Below are positions 16,954 to 24,606 of a stretch of DNA of 64,000 nt, one piece after another. This DNA is from Spirochaetales bacterium (GTDB lineage: Bacteria; Spirochaetota; Spirochaetia; JABEVK01). How positions within the stretch are numbered: the first letter of the stretch is position 1; the number at the start of each line of letters is the position of its first letter. Below the pieces are notes generated by a model. That model saw only the letters and a list, made by a program, of their open reading frames with translations, made no database searches and was not told where the DNA came from. The DNA is taken from positions 29,628 to 93,627 of the forward strand of contig DAIDHT010000014.1 in the NCBI GenBank assembly GCA_027451945.1, in the 5' to 3' direction. Both the position numbers and the translations under genes were made by a program.

Positions 16954-18169
16954 ATCTTCGCCCAGCTACCGCCGAGCCCTCATTTTAATCGTGATGTTCG
17001 GAGTCATTAGCTTTTTTAGCGACCTGACCTACCAAGCAGGCCGTAGCCTCAACGGCCCCTTTTTAGCCCTGTTGGGGGCCGACGCCGCCGTGGTAGGCTT
17101 AGTAGCCGGTTTAGCCGAGTTCCTAGGGTATGCCGTCCGGCTCCTTACCGGCAGCTTGGTCGACAGGAGCAAGGCTTACTGGGCGTTTACCCTAGGCGGC
17201 TATGCCATGGTGGCCTCAGTTCCCCTGCTCGCCTTAAGCGGCACCTGGCAGATGGCGGCCCTTTTTATTGTTTTGGAGCGACTGTCAAAGGCGGTCCGTG
17301 CCCCGGCAAAAGATACGATCTTGTCGATGGCGGCCCGTCGGGTCGGCACTGGCTACGGCTTTGCCCTGCACAAAATCATGGACCAGGCCGGGGCTATTCT
17401 GGGACCGCTTTTGATGGCCCTGCTTTTGTCAGGCTTCCTGGGCCACTCGCTTCACAGCGCGGATAGCTACCGGCAGGCGCTCACCTGGCTGTGGATTCCC
17501 TTTGCCATAATGATCGCGGCAGTGCTGTTTGGCCAGTCTCGGGCCCCTAACCCCCAAGCCCTTGAGGTTGAACTTTCGGGACCCACCGCTTCTGTTGAAG
17601 CGCCCGAAAAGCTGTCGCGAACCTTTTGGATTTATAGCGTTTTCACCCTTTTGGCCGGGATGGGGTTTATCAACTTTGCGCTTTTAGCCTTTCACGCCAA
17701 GACCACAGGACTTTTACCCGATGCGGCGATTCCTTTTTGGTATGCGGCGGCTATGGCAACCAACGGCGTGGCGGCTTTTTTTGTAGGCCGTTGGTACGAC
17801 AAGAAAGGTCTCAAAGTGCTGTACGCCGTTCCTCTTTTGTCCCTTCCGCTCCCCTTTTTGGGGTTTTTAGGGTCCAACTCGGGGCTTTTGATCGCGGCCA
17901 TCCTCTTATTTGGCTTTAGCCTGGGCATCCAAGAGACGGTTATCAAGGCAGGCATTGCCGACCTCACCCCCCTCAAAAAACGCGGAACGGGGTATGGCAT
18001 CTTTAATACGATGAACGGGGTCGGGCTGTTAGCCTCGGGGGCTGTCATGGGCCTCTTGTACGATGTTTCGCCCCTGGCGGTCTGCGCCTTTTCGGCAACC
18101 GCCGAAATTGCCGGTCTGGTGGTGCTCGTCGTCCTTCTTAAGGGAAAAAAATCGGCTACCCAGGCGTAA
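16934..18169 (+). CDS. MFS transporter
   Basis: About 12 TM segments; GSLVDRS, ERLSKAVRAPAKD, GRWYDKKG; TTG 16934 after AAGGAG. Confidence 0.88.
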   Translation: MPTPVDKSSPSYRRALILIVMFGVISFFSDLTYQAGRSLNGPFLALLGADAAVVGLVAGLAEFLGYAVRLLTGSLVDRSKAYWAFTLGGYAMVASVPLLALSGTWQMAALFIVLERLSKAVRAPAKDTILSMAARRVGTGYGFALHKIMDQAGAILGPLLMALLLSGFLGHSLHSADSYRQALTWLWIPFAIMIAAVLFGQSRAPNPQALEVELSGPTASVEAPEKLSRTFWIYSVFTLLAGMGFINFALLAFHAKTTGLLPDAAIPFWYAAAMATNGVAAFFVGRWYDKKGLKVLYAVPLLSLPLPFLGFLGSNSGLLIAAILLFGFSLGIQETVIKAGIADLTPLKKRGTGYGIFNTMNGVGLLASGAVMGLLYDVSPLAVCAFSATAEIAGLVVLVVLLKGKKSATQA

Positions 18170-18181
18170 AATTCCCAGCGT

Positions 18182-18256
18182 GGAAATTTTTGGTTTCCCG
18201 ACGAGGAATTTTTGGTTTCCCGACGGGAAACTTTTCGTTTCCTGAGCGGGAATTTT
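18182..18256. repeat. Degenerate ~22-bp tandem repeat GGAA(A)TTTTTGGTTTCCCGACG, about 3.3 copies
   Basis: Units begin at 18182, 18205, 18226 and 18249; no spacers. Confidence 0.85.
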
Positions 18257-18347
18257 TTTAAAAAAAAATTGAAGCAAACCTGCGTTCCTTCCTGTTCTCT
18301 GCTTTGTGGGCTTCGTTGAAGACCCCAAGCAAACACAGGAGGTTTGT

Positions 18348-19028
18348 ATGTTACAAGTTTCATTTCAGGAAGACCCCTTCCGGAAAAACGGGAAAACGAT
18401 ATCCCGTGTCGTCCAAAGGGAGACGGTACCCTTTAGCGACGTCGTCGCTTATATGTCCCGAGGCACCTCGGCAACGGCAAATGACATGACTTCAGTCATG
18501 AATCATTTTAAGGACGCCCTGGTGTACTTCATTTCGGCTGGCCGGAATGTCCAAACGCCGTGGGGAACGTTCAACCTTTCTCCTCGTCGTCAGGATAGCA
18601 CCGTCCGAAACGTCGATAAAACCAACTTCGTGATCCGCCTGCGGCCCAACACAGCGGTGGCCGACGAGATCCGAAGCCGCCTGCAAGTGGAAGTGGTCGA
18701 TACCCCACCGTTGCGCCTCCCCCTGATCTATGGTGTGCACAACGCGGATTCTGGCGAGGACAGCGGTACAGGCAAGCCCGGCGATATGCTCCGTTTAACC
18801 GGGAGCCGTCTGACCTTTAAAAGCGTCAACGTAGACGAAGGGGTTTTTTGGCTAAACAGCGCTGGCGAAGCGGTTCGCAGTAGTATTTATGGCAAGCTGG
18901 GAAGCTCCTCGGTGGTCTGTAAAATACCCGAGCTTGCCCCCGGTTCTTATCAGCTAGCCGTCCGAACGATTCCCAGTAAGACAAGCCGCGAAGGTCTGTG
19001 GGAAAAACCATTTCTGATCCAAGCTTAA
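18348..19028 (+). CDS. HU-like DNA-binding domain plus DUF4469-like Ig domain protein
   Basis: AGGAGG SD before ATG 18348; GRNVQTPWGTF (HU-like); PLIYGV..GDMLRLTGSRL..EGVF..IPELAPGSYQLAVRT (DUF4469-like). Confidence 0.8.
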   Translation: MLQVSFQEDPFRKNGKTISRVVQRETVPFSDVVAYMSRGTSATANDMTSVMNHFKDALVYFISAGRNVQTPWGTFNLSPRRQDSTVRNVDKTNFVIRLRPNTAVADEIRSRLQVEVVDTPPLRLPLIYGVHNADSGEDSGTGKPGDMLRLTGSRLTFKSVNVDEGVFWLNSAGEAVRSSIYGKLGSSSVVCKIPELAPGSYQLAVRTIPSKTSREGLWEKPFLIQA

Positions 19029-19045
19029 CGCCGGATTGTTTTTCG

Positions 19046-19072
19046 GGGGCCCTTCGGGGCCCCTTTTTTTTT
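19046..19072 (+). terminator. Intrinsic terminator
   Basis: GGGGCCC-TTCG-GGGCCCC followed by 9 T. Confidence 0.93.
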
Positions 19073-19165
19073 AATATTTGCCAAATTTCTTACATCGTCT
19101 TGACGGGAAATTCACGATAACCGAGAATAATGAACGGAGGGTGCCGTATATTTAATCCTGACTGC

Positions 19166-19194
19166 TTTACACAGACTTAACGCGGCATTACATT
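19166..19194 (+). promoter_or_regulatory. Promoter TTTACA-N17-TACATT, probably leaderless
   Basis: -10 ends 6 nt before ATG 19201; no SD. Confidence 0.6.
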
Positions 19195-19200
19195 GACACT

Positions 19201-19452
19201 ATGAAAACCGAAGATGACGAAAAAAAGGGACCCGGCGCGTTTATCCTTTTGGACATGGACGGGGCTACCTGCACCAACTGCGTCCGAGCTGTCGAACACG
19301 TCGGCCGCAAACTCAAAGGGGTTCAAGAGCTTTCGGTGAACCGGGATAACTCTCAGATCAACCTCACCTACGATCCGAATTCAACAGCGGTCGAGGCGGT
19401 GGTCAACCTGGTTTCGAAACTCGGCTATACAGCCGTGCCCCATCGGGAATAA
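19201..19452 (+). CDS. Heavy-metal-associated (HMA/CopZ-like) domain protein
   Basis: MDGATCTNC metal loop; C-terminal LGY. Confidence 0.85.
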   Translation: MKTEDDEKKGPGAFILLDMDGATCTNCVRAVEHVGRKLKGVQELSVNRDNSQINLTYDPNSTAVEAVVNLVSKLGYTAVPHRE

Positions 19453-19495
19453 ATCCCGCGTCAGACTTTCAACTCACAGCAAGCGAGGAGGAACT

Positions 19496-20773
19496 GTGCC
19501 CAAAAATTCGAGTTTCTTTATCAAACAGGACCCGATGCGGAGGGTGCTTTATGCCCTGACCCCCATCTTTTTGTGGTCAACCTACTTATACGGGTGGCGA
19601 GTGCCTCTTCTCTTGGCTTTCGTTGTCTTGTTAGCCAGCGCGGCAGAATTTGTCTTTGAGAAAAGCCGAGGCAAAAAAGTCACCGAAGCGGTTTGGGTAA
19701 CCGGCGGCTTATTCGCCCTCTCGCTCCCACCGGCTGTACCGTTTTGGGTGGCCGGCGTGGGCATTTTCTTTGCTGTCATCATCGGCAAAGAGGTCTTTGG
19801 CGGCTTTGGACGCAACCTCTACAACCCCGCCATCACGGGGCGAACCTTTGTCTACATCTCGTTTCCCCTGATGATGCAGACGACCTGGATGATTCCCGGC
19901 AATTTCGCCATCGGCGGTTCTATGAACTTGCTGATTCAAGGCTCAACCTTTCCTGAAGCGGCGTTTATGACTCTCCTAGCCGCCGGGTTATATTGGTGGT
20001 TTGTCAAAAGTGAGGGAAAAACTGGCCCGGTTATCCGAGGATCAATCGTGGCGGTCGTCCTGACGGTGGCGTTCTATGTCACGACCGCCTACCTGTTCCC
20101 CTATACCAAAGGGCACGCCAACGCCCTAAGCGATCTGGACGCCGTAGCCATGGCAACGCCCCTCGAGGTTTATCGAGGGTTAGCGCAGGCTCATGACTGG
20201 CACCGCACCGTCTCGCTTTTTGGCATGACCTTTCCGCTGGACGCCAACAATCCCCTGGCCCTGTTTTTAGGGTTGAGGGTTGGTTCCATTGGCGAAGGAC
20301 CGATTTTCCTCATCATTTTGGCGGGCCTGTACCTGATGATCACGAAAACCGCCAACTGGCGCCCCCTGATTTGGACCCTTGTGAGCGCCCTTGGCTTCAC
20401 CCTGCTGTTTTATTTTTCGGGCATGATGGACAGTCGCTTCCCCGTCTTTGCCGCGCACCGTAGTGTTGGGGGTCTGGCCACGCTGGGCGACCTTGCGGGC
20501 TTTTTAATGTCGGGCTCTTTGATGTTTGCCGCAGTCTTTATGGCCACCGACCCTGTTTCGGCCCCCAAAAAGCCCCTCTCGCAGGCGATCTACGGCATCA
20601 TCATTGGTAGTCTTACCATAACGATCCGTGTTTTCGCCGGCTTTCCCGAAGGGGTCAGCTTTGCAATTTTAACGGCCAATACCTTTGCGATGCTCCTGGA
20701 TGAAATTCTCCCCCCCAAAAAGAAAGAAGCCGTGGCTCCTAAAGTAGCCGCCAAGGCGGGAGGTGAGTCATGA
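19496..20773 (+). CDS. NqrB/RnfD-family membrane subunit
   Basis: KEVFGGFGRNLYNPA, FMN site DAVAMATPL, GSIGE, FMATDPVSAP, PEGV. Confidence 0.92.
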   Translation: MPKNSSFFIKQDPMRRVLYALTPIFLWSTYLYGWRVPLLLAFVVLLASAAEFVFEKSRGKKVTEAVWVTGGLFALSLPPAVPFWVAGVGIFFAVIIGKEVFGGFGRNLYNPAITGRTFVYISFPLMMQTTWMIPGNFAIGGSMNLLIQGSTFPEAAFMTLLAAGLYWWFVKSEGKTGPVIRGSIVAVVLTVAFYVTTAYLFPYTKGHANALSDLDAVAMATPLEVYRGLAQAHDWHRTVSLFGMTFPLDANNPLALFLGLRVGSIGEGPIFLIILAGLYLMITKTANWRPLIWTLVSALGFTLLFYFSGMMDSRFPVFAAHRSVGGLATLGDLAGFLMSGSLMFAAVFMATDPVSAPKKPLSQAIYGIIIGSLTITIRVFAGFPEGVSFAILTANTFAMLLDEILPPKKKEAVAPKVAAKAGGES

Positions 20774-21498
20774 GAATCAATAAAGACAGTCACGTCTTTA
20801 CCATATTTTTTACCTTTGCTGTCACCTTGGTGCTGGTGTTCCCCCTCACCTTAGCCTTTGTTACGACTAAACCCATTGCCGACAACTACTGGCGGCTTCA
20901 ACACTGGGTCAAAACCCTCAGGTCAATGGGCATTTCTGCTGACGCTGCACACCCCCATCAAGCCGAACGAGCCTACCAAGCCCTTAAGAAATATACCGTG
21001 AAAGGCACCGTCAATTACGACGCCGTAAAAGCGAACCCCCACTCACTTGCCATCACTCGGGTGAACGATGAGGTGATCAACAAGGCCCTTCAGGATACTA
21101 GCTATACCGGAAACCTTCCGATTTTCTTTTACTCTACCGTGGTTGATGGTCAAAAACGCTGGGCAGGCGACTTTACAGGGCCCGGTCTGTGGGGCAATGT
21201 CTCGTTGGCCGTAGGGGTCAATGCGGACGGTTCCCAGATCACCGGCGTTCAGGTTTTGTTTGACGTAGAAACCCCTGGCTTGGGGGGGCGAATCGGGGAG
21301 CCCTGGTTCACAGGGCAATTTAAGGGCCTTGAAACCTCCCAGGGAGTAGTCTTTAACCCCAGCGGCCAAAAACTACCCAATGGCATGGATGCCATCGCGG
21401 GTGCCACCATAACCAGTACAGCTGTCAGGGATATTTTGAATAACCGGGCGTTGATTCTTTTGAAAGCCTTTATCGCCCAGAAAGGGGGACAATCATGA
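20770..21498 (+). CDS. NqrC/RnfG-family FMN-binding subunit
   Basis: N-terminal TM; GPGLWG, ETPGLGGRI, DAIAGATITS. Confidence 0.92.
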   Translation: MRINKDSHVFTIFFTFAVTLVLVFPLTLAFVTTKPIADNYWRLQHWVKTLRSMGISADAAHPHQAERAYQALKKYTVKGTVNYDAVKANPHSLAITRVNDEVINKALQDTSYTGNLPIFFYSTVVDGQKRWAGDFTGPGLWGNVSLAVGVNADGSQITGVQVLFDVETPGLGGRIGEPWFTGQFKGLETSQGVVFNPSGQKLPNGMDAIAGATITSTAVRDILNNRALILLKAFIAQKGGQS

Positions 21499-22157
21499 GC
21501 ATGCCGACCTTCCGCCAGGTCACCAAAGAAAACCTCAGCGTTAACAATCCCGTCCTGGTTCAGGTTCTGGGAATCTGCTCGACGCTGGCAGTCACCAACA
21601 AGGTGGTGAATACCTTAATCATGACGGTGGGGGTGTCCTTAGTGACCGCCTTCGCTAGCTTTACGTTGAGCTGGATTCGGCACCTGATTGCCCGCCGGGT
21701 ACGCATGATTTTTCAAGTTTTGGCAATTACCTTTTACGTCGTTCTGTTTCAGCTGATTCTTAACGCCTTTGCTCCCGAAGTCGCCCGGTCACTAGGGCCC
21801 TACGTGGGGCTGATCATCACCAACTGTATCGTAATGGGTCGTACCGAAACCTTCGCCCCTGCGAATCCACCCCTCATTTCGTGGTGGGACGGGTTCACCA
21901 GCGGTATCGGCTACATGGCCGTTTTGGTTCTTTTGTCTGTAATCCGAGAACCACTGGCCTTTGGAACGATCGCCGATTTTCCGATTTTTCCCCCTCAGTA
22001 TGTTTCTGACGGCTACAACTGGACGATCGCCATCATGGCTCCCAGCGCGTTCTTTCTGGTCGCCATCATCATGTGGGTGTTCAAGACCAACGGTCTAAAA
22101 AAAGAAGAGGCTTTGAAAGCCGCTAAAACCGCTAATGCTATGGGAGGGGCAGCATGA
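21495..22157 (+). CDS. nqrD: NqrD/RnfE-family subunit
   Basis: NNPVLVQVLGICSTLAVT, YVGLIITNCIVMGR, APSAFF. Confidence 0.9.
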   Translation: MSMPTFRQVTKENLSVNNPVLVQVLGICSTLAVTNKVVNTLIMTVGVSLVTAFASFTLSWIRHLIARRVRMIFQVLAITFYVVLFQLILNAFAPEVARSLGPYVGLIITNCIVMGRTETFAPANPPLISWWDGFTSGIGYMAVLVLLSVIREPLAFGTIADFPIFPPQYVSDGYNWTIAIMAPSAFFLVAIIMWVFKTNGLKKEEALKAAKTANAMGGAA

Positions 22158-22744
22158 GTTACGTTGATCCTATAACGCTACTTTTTGCGTCGATCTTTAC
22201 GTCAAATATTATTTTGGCCAACTTTCTGGGTACCTGCTCGTTCATCGCGATTTCTAAAGACCTTGGTTCTTCGAATGGTTTGGGTATTGCCGTTATTGTG
22301 GTTCTCGTGCTTTCAAGCGCCATCAGTTGGCCCATTCTGCACTACATTCTGATCCCGTGGAATATGATCTACCTCGACCTCTTTGCCTACATCATCGTGG
22401 TGGCGGCAGTGGTTCAAGCCCTCGAGATGATCATTGAACGCGTTAGCCCTGCGTTGTACATGAGTCTGGGGATCTACCTGCCCTTGATCGTAGCCAACTG
22501 CGCGATTTTGGGTGTGGTGTTGTTTATGGAAATCCGCAATTACGATTACGTTCAGGCCCTGATCTTTGGTTTTGGTTCAGGAATCGGCTGGTGGCTGGCC
22601 ATCATTTTGGCGGCGGCTATGCGGAAAAAAATCGATAAGTCCAACGTTCCGGCGGGCCTTAAGGGGCCCGGCATTACCCTCATTACCATGGGCCTGATGG
22701 CTATGGCTTTTGTGGGCTTTTCAGGTATTCTTCGGGTGCAATAA
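22154..22744 (+). CDS. nqrE: NqrE/RnfA-family subunit
   Basis: FLGTCSFIA, LGIYLPLIVANCAILG, GLMAMAFVGFSG. Confidence 0.9.
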   Translation: MSYVDPITLLFASIFTSNIILANFLGTCSFIAISKDLGSSNGLGIAVIVVLVLSSAISWPILHYILIPWNMIYLDLFAYIIVVAAVVQALEMIIERVSPALYMSLGIYLPLIVANCAILGVVLFMEIRNYDYVQALIFGFGSGIGWWLAIILAAAMRKKIDKSNVPAGLKGPGITLITMGLMAMAFVGFSGILRVQ

Positions 22745-22755
22745 GGAGTCTGCTC

Positions 22756-23883
22756 ATGTTTCCTCTATCGACTTTGGCAGCGCAGGCCCTGCTGATTGGC
22801 GGCGTCAGCGTCCTCATGGCCGTCATGATTTCGGTGATTGACAGCATTGTCAACAACTATGGTGATGTTCAGTTGGACATCAACGGCAAAAAGCAGGTTA
22901 CGGTCAAAGGAGGCTCAAAACTCCTGGGGACCCTAGCCGACCAAGGAATCTTTCTTCCCTCCGCTTGCGGAGGACGCGGTTCGTGCGGGGCTTGTAAATG
23001 TCAGGTCAAATCGGACGTAGGCCCCCACTTACCGACCGAAGTGCCCTACTTAACTCAGCAGGAGCTTCGTGAAAATGTTCGCCTGGCCTGTCAAGTTAAG
23101 GTGAAAGCGGATATTGGAATTGAAATACCAGAAGATCTGTTTAATATTAAAAAGCTCAGCTGTACCGTGGAATCAATGACGAACCTGACCTACGACATTA
23201 AAGAAGTTCGACTTAAGCTTCCCGAAGGGTCTGATTTAACCTACACAGCCGGTCAGTACGGCCAGATAGAAGTTCCCGCCTACGGTGGCATTCGCGAACC
23301 GTCAGCTCGGGCCTACTCGTTTGCCAGCGCCCCTCAAGAAAAAGACACCTTAGAATTTTTGATTCGTCTGGTGCCGGGGGGTACCGTCACCACCTATGTG
23401 CACAAATTCCTCAAGGTGGGCGACAAGATTAACGTCGTGGCTCCTGTCGGAGATTTTCGTGTCCACGACACCCAAGCCGCCATGATCTGCGTCGGCGGTG
23501 GTTCGGGAATGGCTCCCTTTCGTTCCATCTTTCGGGATATGGAGGCTCGCGGTGTGCTCGGGGAACGAGACATTTGGTATTTCTTTGGCGGACACTCAGT
23601 AAAAGACCTCTACTTCATGGATTGGTTAAAAGAGTTAGAAGCCAAATACGAGCGCTTCCACTTTATTCCTGCCGTTTCAGAGCCTGGCCCCGGTGAAGTG
23701 TGGGAAGGTAAACCGGCTCGCTTAATTGACGTTCTGGCCGAAAAGTTTAAAACAGAAATTCCTCGTGAGCTTATCAAAGAAGGCTATTTGTGCGGGTCTC
23801 CTGGAATGCTAGATGCTTGTATGGACATTATGCGCAAGAATGGAATGACTGACGACAAGATTTACTTCGACAAATTTGCCTAA
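22756..23883 (+). CDS. nqrF: NqrF-like subunit (TM, 2Fe-2S, FAD/NAD domains)
   Basis: SACGGRGSCGAC, RLAC, RAYSF, GGGSGMAP, YLCGSP, FDKF. Confidence 0.9.
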   Translation: MFPLSTLAAQALLIGGVSVLMAVMISVIDSIVNNYGDVQLDINGKKQVTVKGGSKLLGTLADQGIFLPSACGGRGSCGACKCQVKSDVGPHLPTEVPYLTQQELRENVRLACQVKVKADIGIEIPEDLFNIKKLSCTVESMTNLTYDIKEVRLKLPEGSDLTYTAGQYGQIEVPAYGGIREPSARAYSFASAPQEKDTLEFLIRLVPGGTVTTYVHKFLKVGDKINVVAPVGDFRVHDTQAAMICVGGGSGMAPFRSIFRDMEARGVLGERDIWYFFGGHSVKDLYFMDWLKELEAKYERFHFIPAVSEPGPGEVWEGKPARLIDVLAEKFKTEIPRELIKEGYLCGSPGMLDACMDIMRKNGMTDDKIYFDKFA

Positions 23884-23895
23884 GGAGGGTCTGCC

Positions 23896-24360
23896 ATGAA
23901 GATGACGGAAGAGCTCAAGAAGGCCCAGGCCAACCTGGTGCCCGGCGCGATTGTAGAAGAAGGGTTTCTGGGGCATGACCGCCGTCCCTTGGCGGATATC
24001 ATCCAGCATGACGAAGAGGCTTTTGCCGAACACGGACTGTCGTGGGACGCTGTTGCCGAGCGACTTAAGTACCTGCTTGCGGAAGGCGAAAAGGGCTTAG
24101 GCGAGCCCGTCACGGTCGAAGGTAAGTGGCGGGTCTTTGTCTACGAAGCCCGAGGCCAATTCGCCTGCCCCTGGGAAGACGGTCTGTTTCACAAAGATTC
24201 GGTTACCGTCCAGCGCCTCGAGAACGGCCATCCGGTCGGAGACCGCCTCGTTTTTAACCAGCTTTGCATTCACATGCTTGAAAAACATCACTTCTTAGAG
24301 GGCTTGGGGTCATCGTTCCGCTTGCACCCCGCCGCTCTGCGCAACGTCTTGAACCTGTAA
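23896..24360 (+). CDS. Hypothetical soluble protein with Cys/His motifs
   Basis: AAGGAGG SD, 12 nt after the nqrF stop; RGQFACPW and CIHMLEKHHFLEG. Confidence 0.85.
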   Translation: MKMTEELKKAQANLVPGAIVEEGFLGHDRRPLADIIQHDEEAFAEHGLSWDAVAERLKYLLAEGEKGLGEPVTVEGKWRVFVYEARGQFACPWEDGLFHKDSVTVQRLENGHPVGDRLVFNQLCIHMLEKHHFLEGLGSSFRLHPAALRNVLNL

Positions 24361-24390
24361 ACACTGCGCTTTGAACCGCTAAACGCCGGG

Positions 24391-24418
24391 GGCCAGGGGC
24401 CCCTGGCCAATTCTTTTT
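24391..24418 (+). terminator. Probable terminator of the nqr-like operon
   Basis: 18-bp palindrome GGCCAGGGGCCCCTGGCC followed by AATTCTTTTT. Confidence 0.6.
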
Positions 24419-24527
24419 AAACTCCAATTTATTCTCATACATGACAAAAATTTTAGTTGCGTGATTTTGAGACTGGGTCTACTGTAAACCATCTGGACAG
24501 CGCCTTACACCTTTTTGTCACCTTTTT

Positions 24528-24541
24528 TGCAAACGTGTGAT
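24528..24541. promoter_or_regulatory. Candidate LacI-family operator TGCAAACGTGTGAT
   Basis: TGCAAACG half-site upstream of an alpha-glucan hydrolase; lies downstream of TTGCGT-N17-TACTGT (24457-24485). Confidence 0.5.
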
Positions 24542-24606
24542 TTTCAAACAGTACATATAAAAGTCGCGGGGAACGTTTGTTCTCATATTCTTTTTAGGAG
24601 GTCATT

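Noticed and set aside
18182-18256. CRISPR array
   Set aside because: Repeats are contiguous with no spacers, and there are no cas genes.
19100-19117. Rex operator upstream of the nqr-like operon
   Set aside because: Only the right half (TTCACGA) resembles the consensus.
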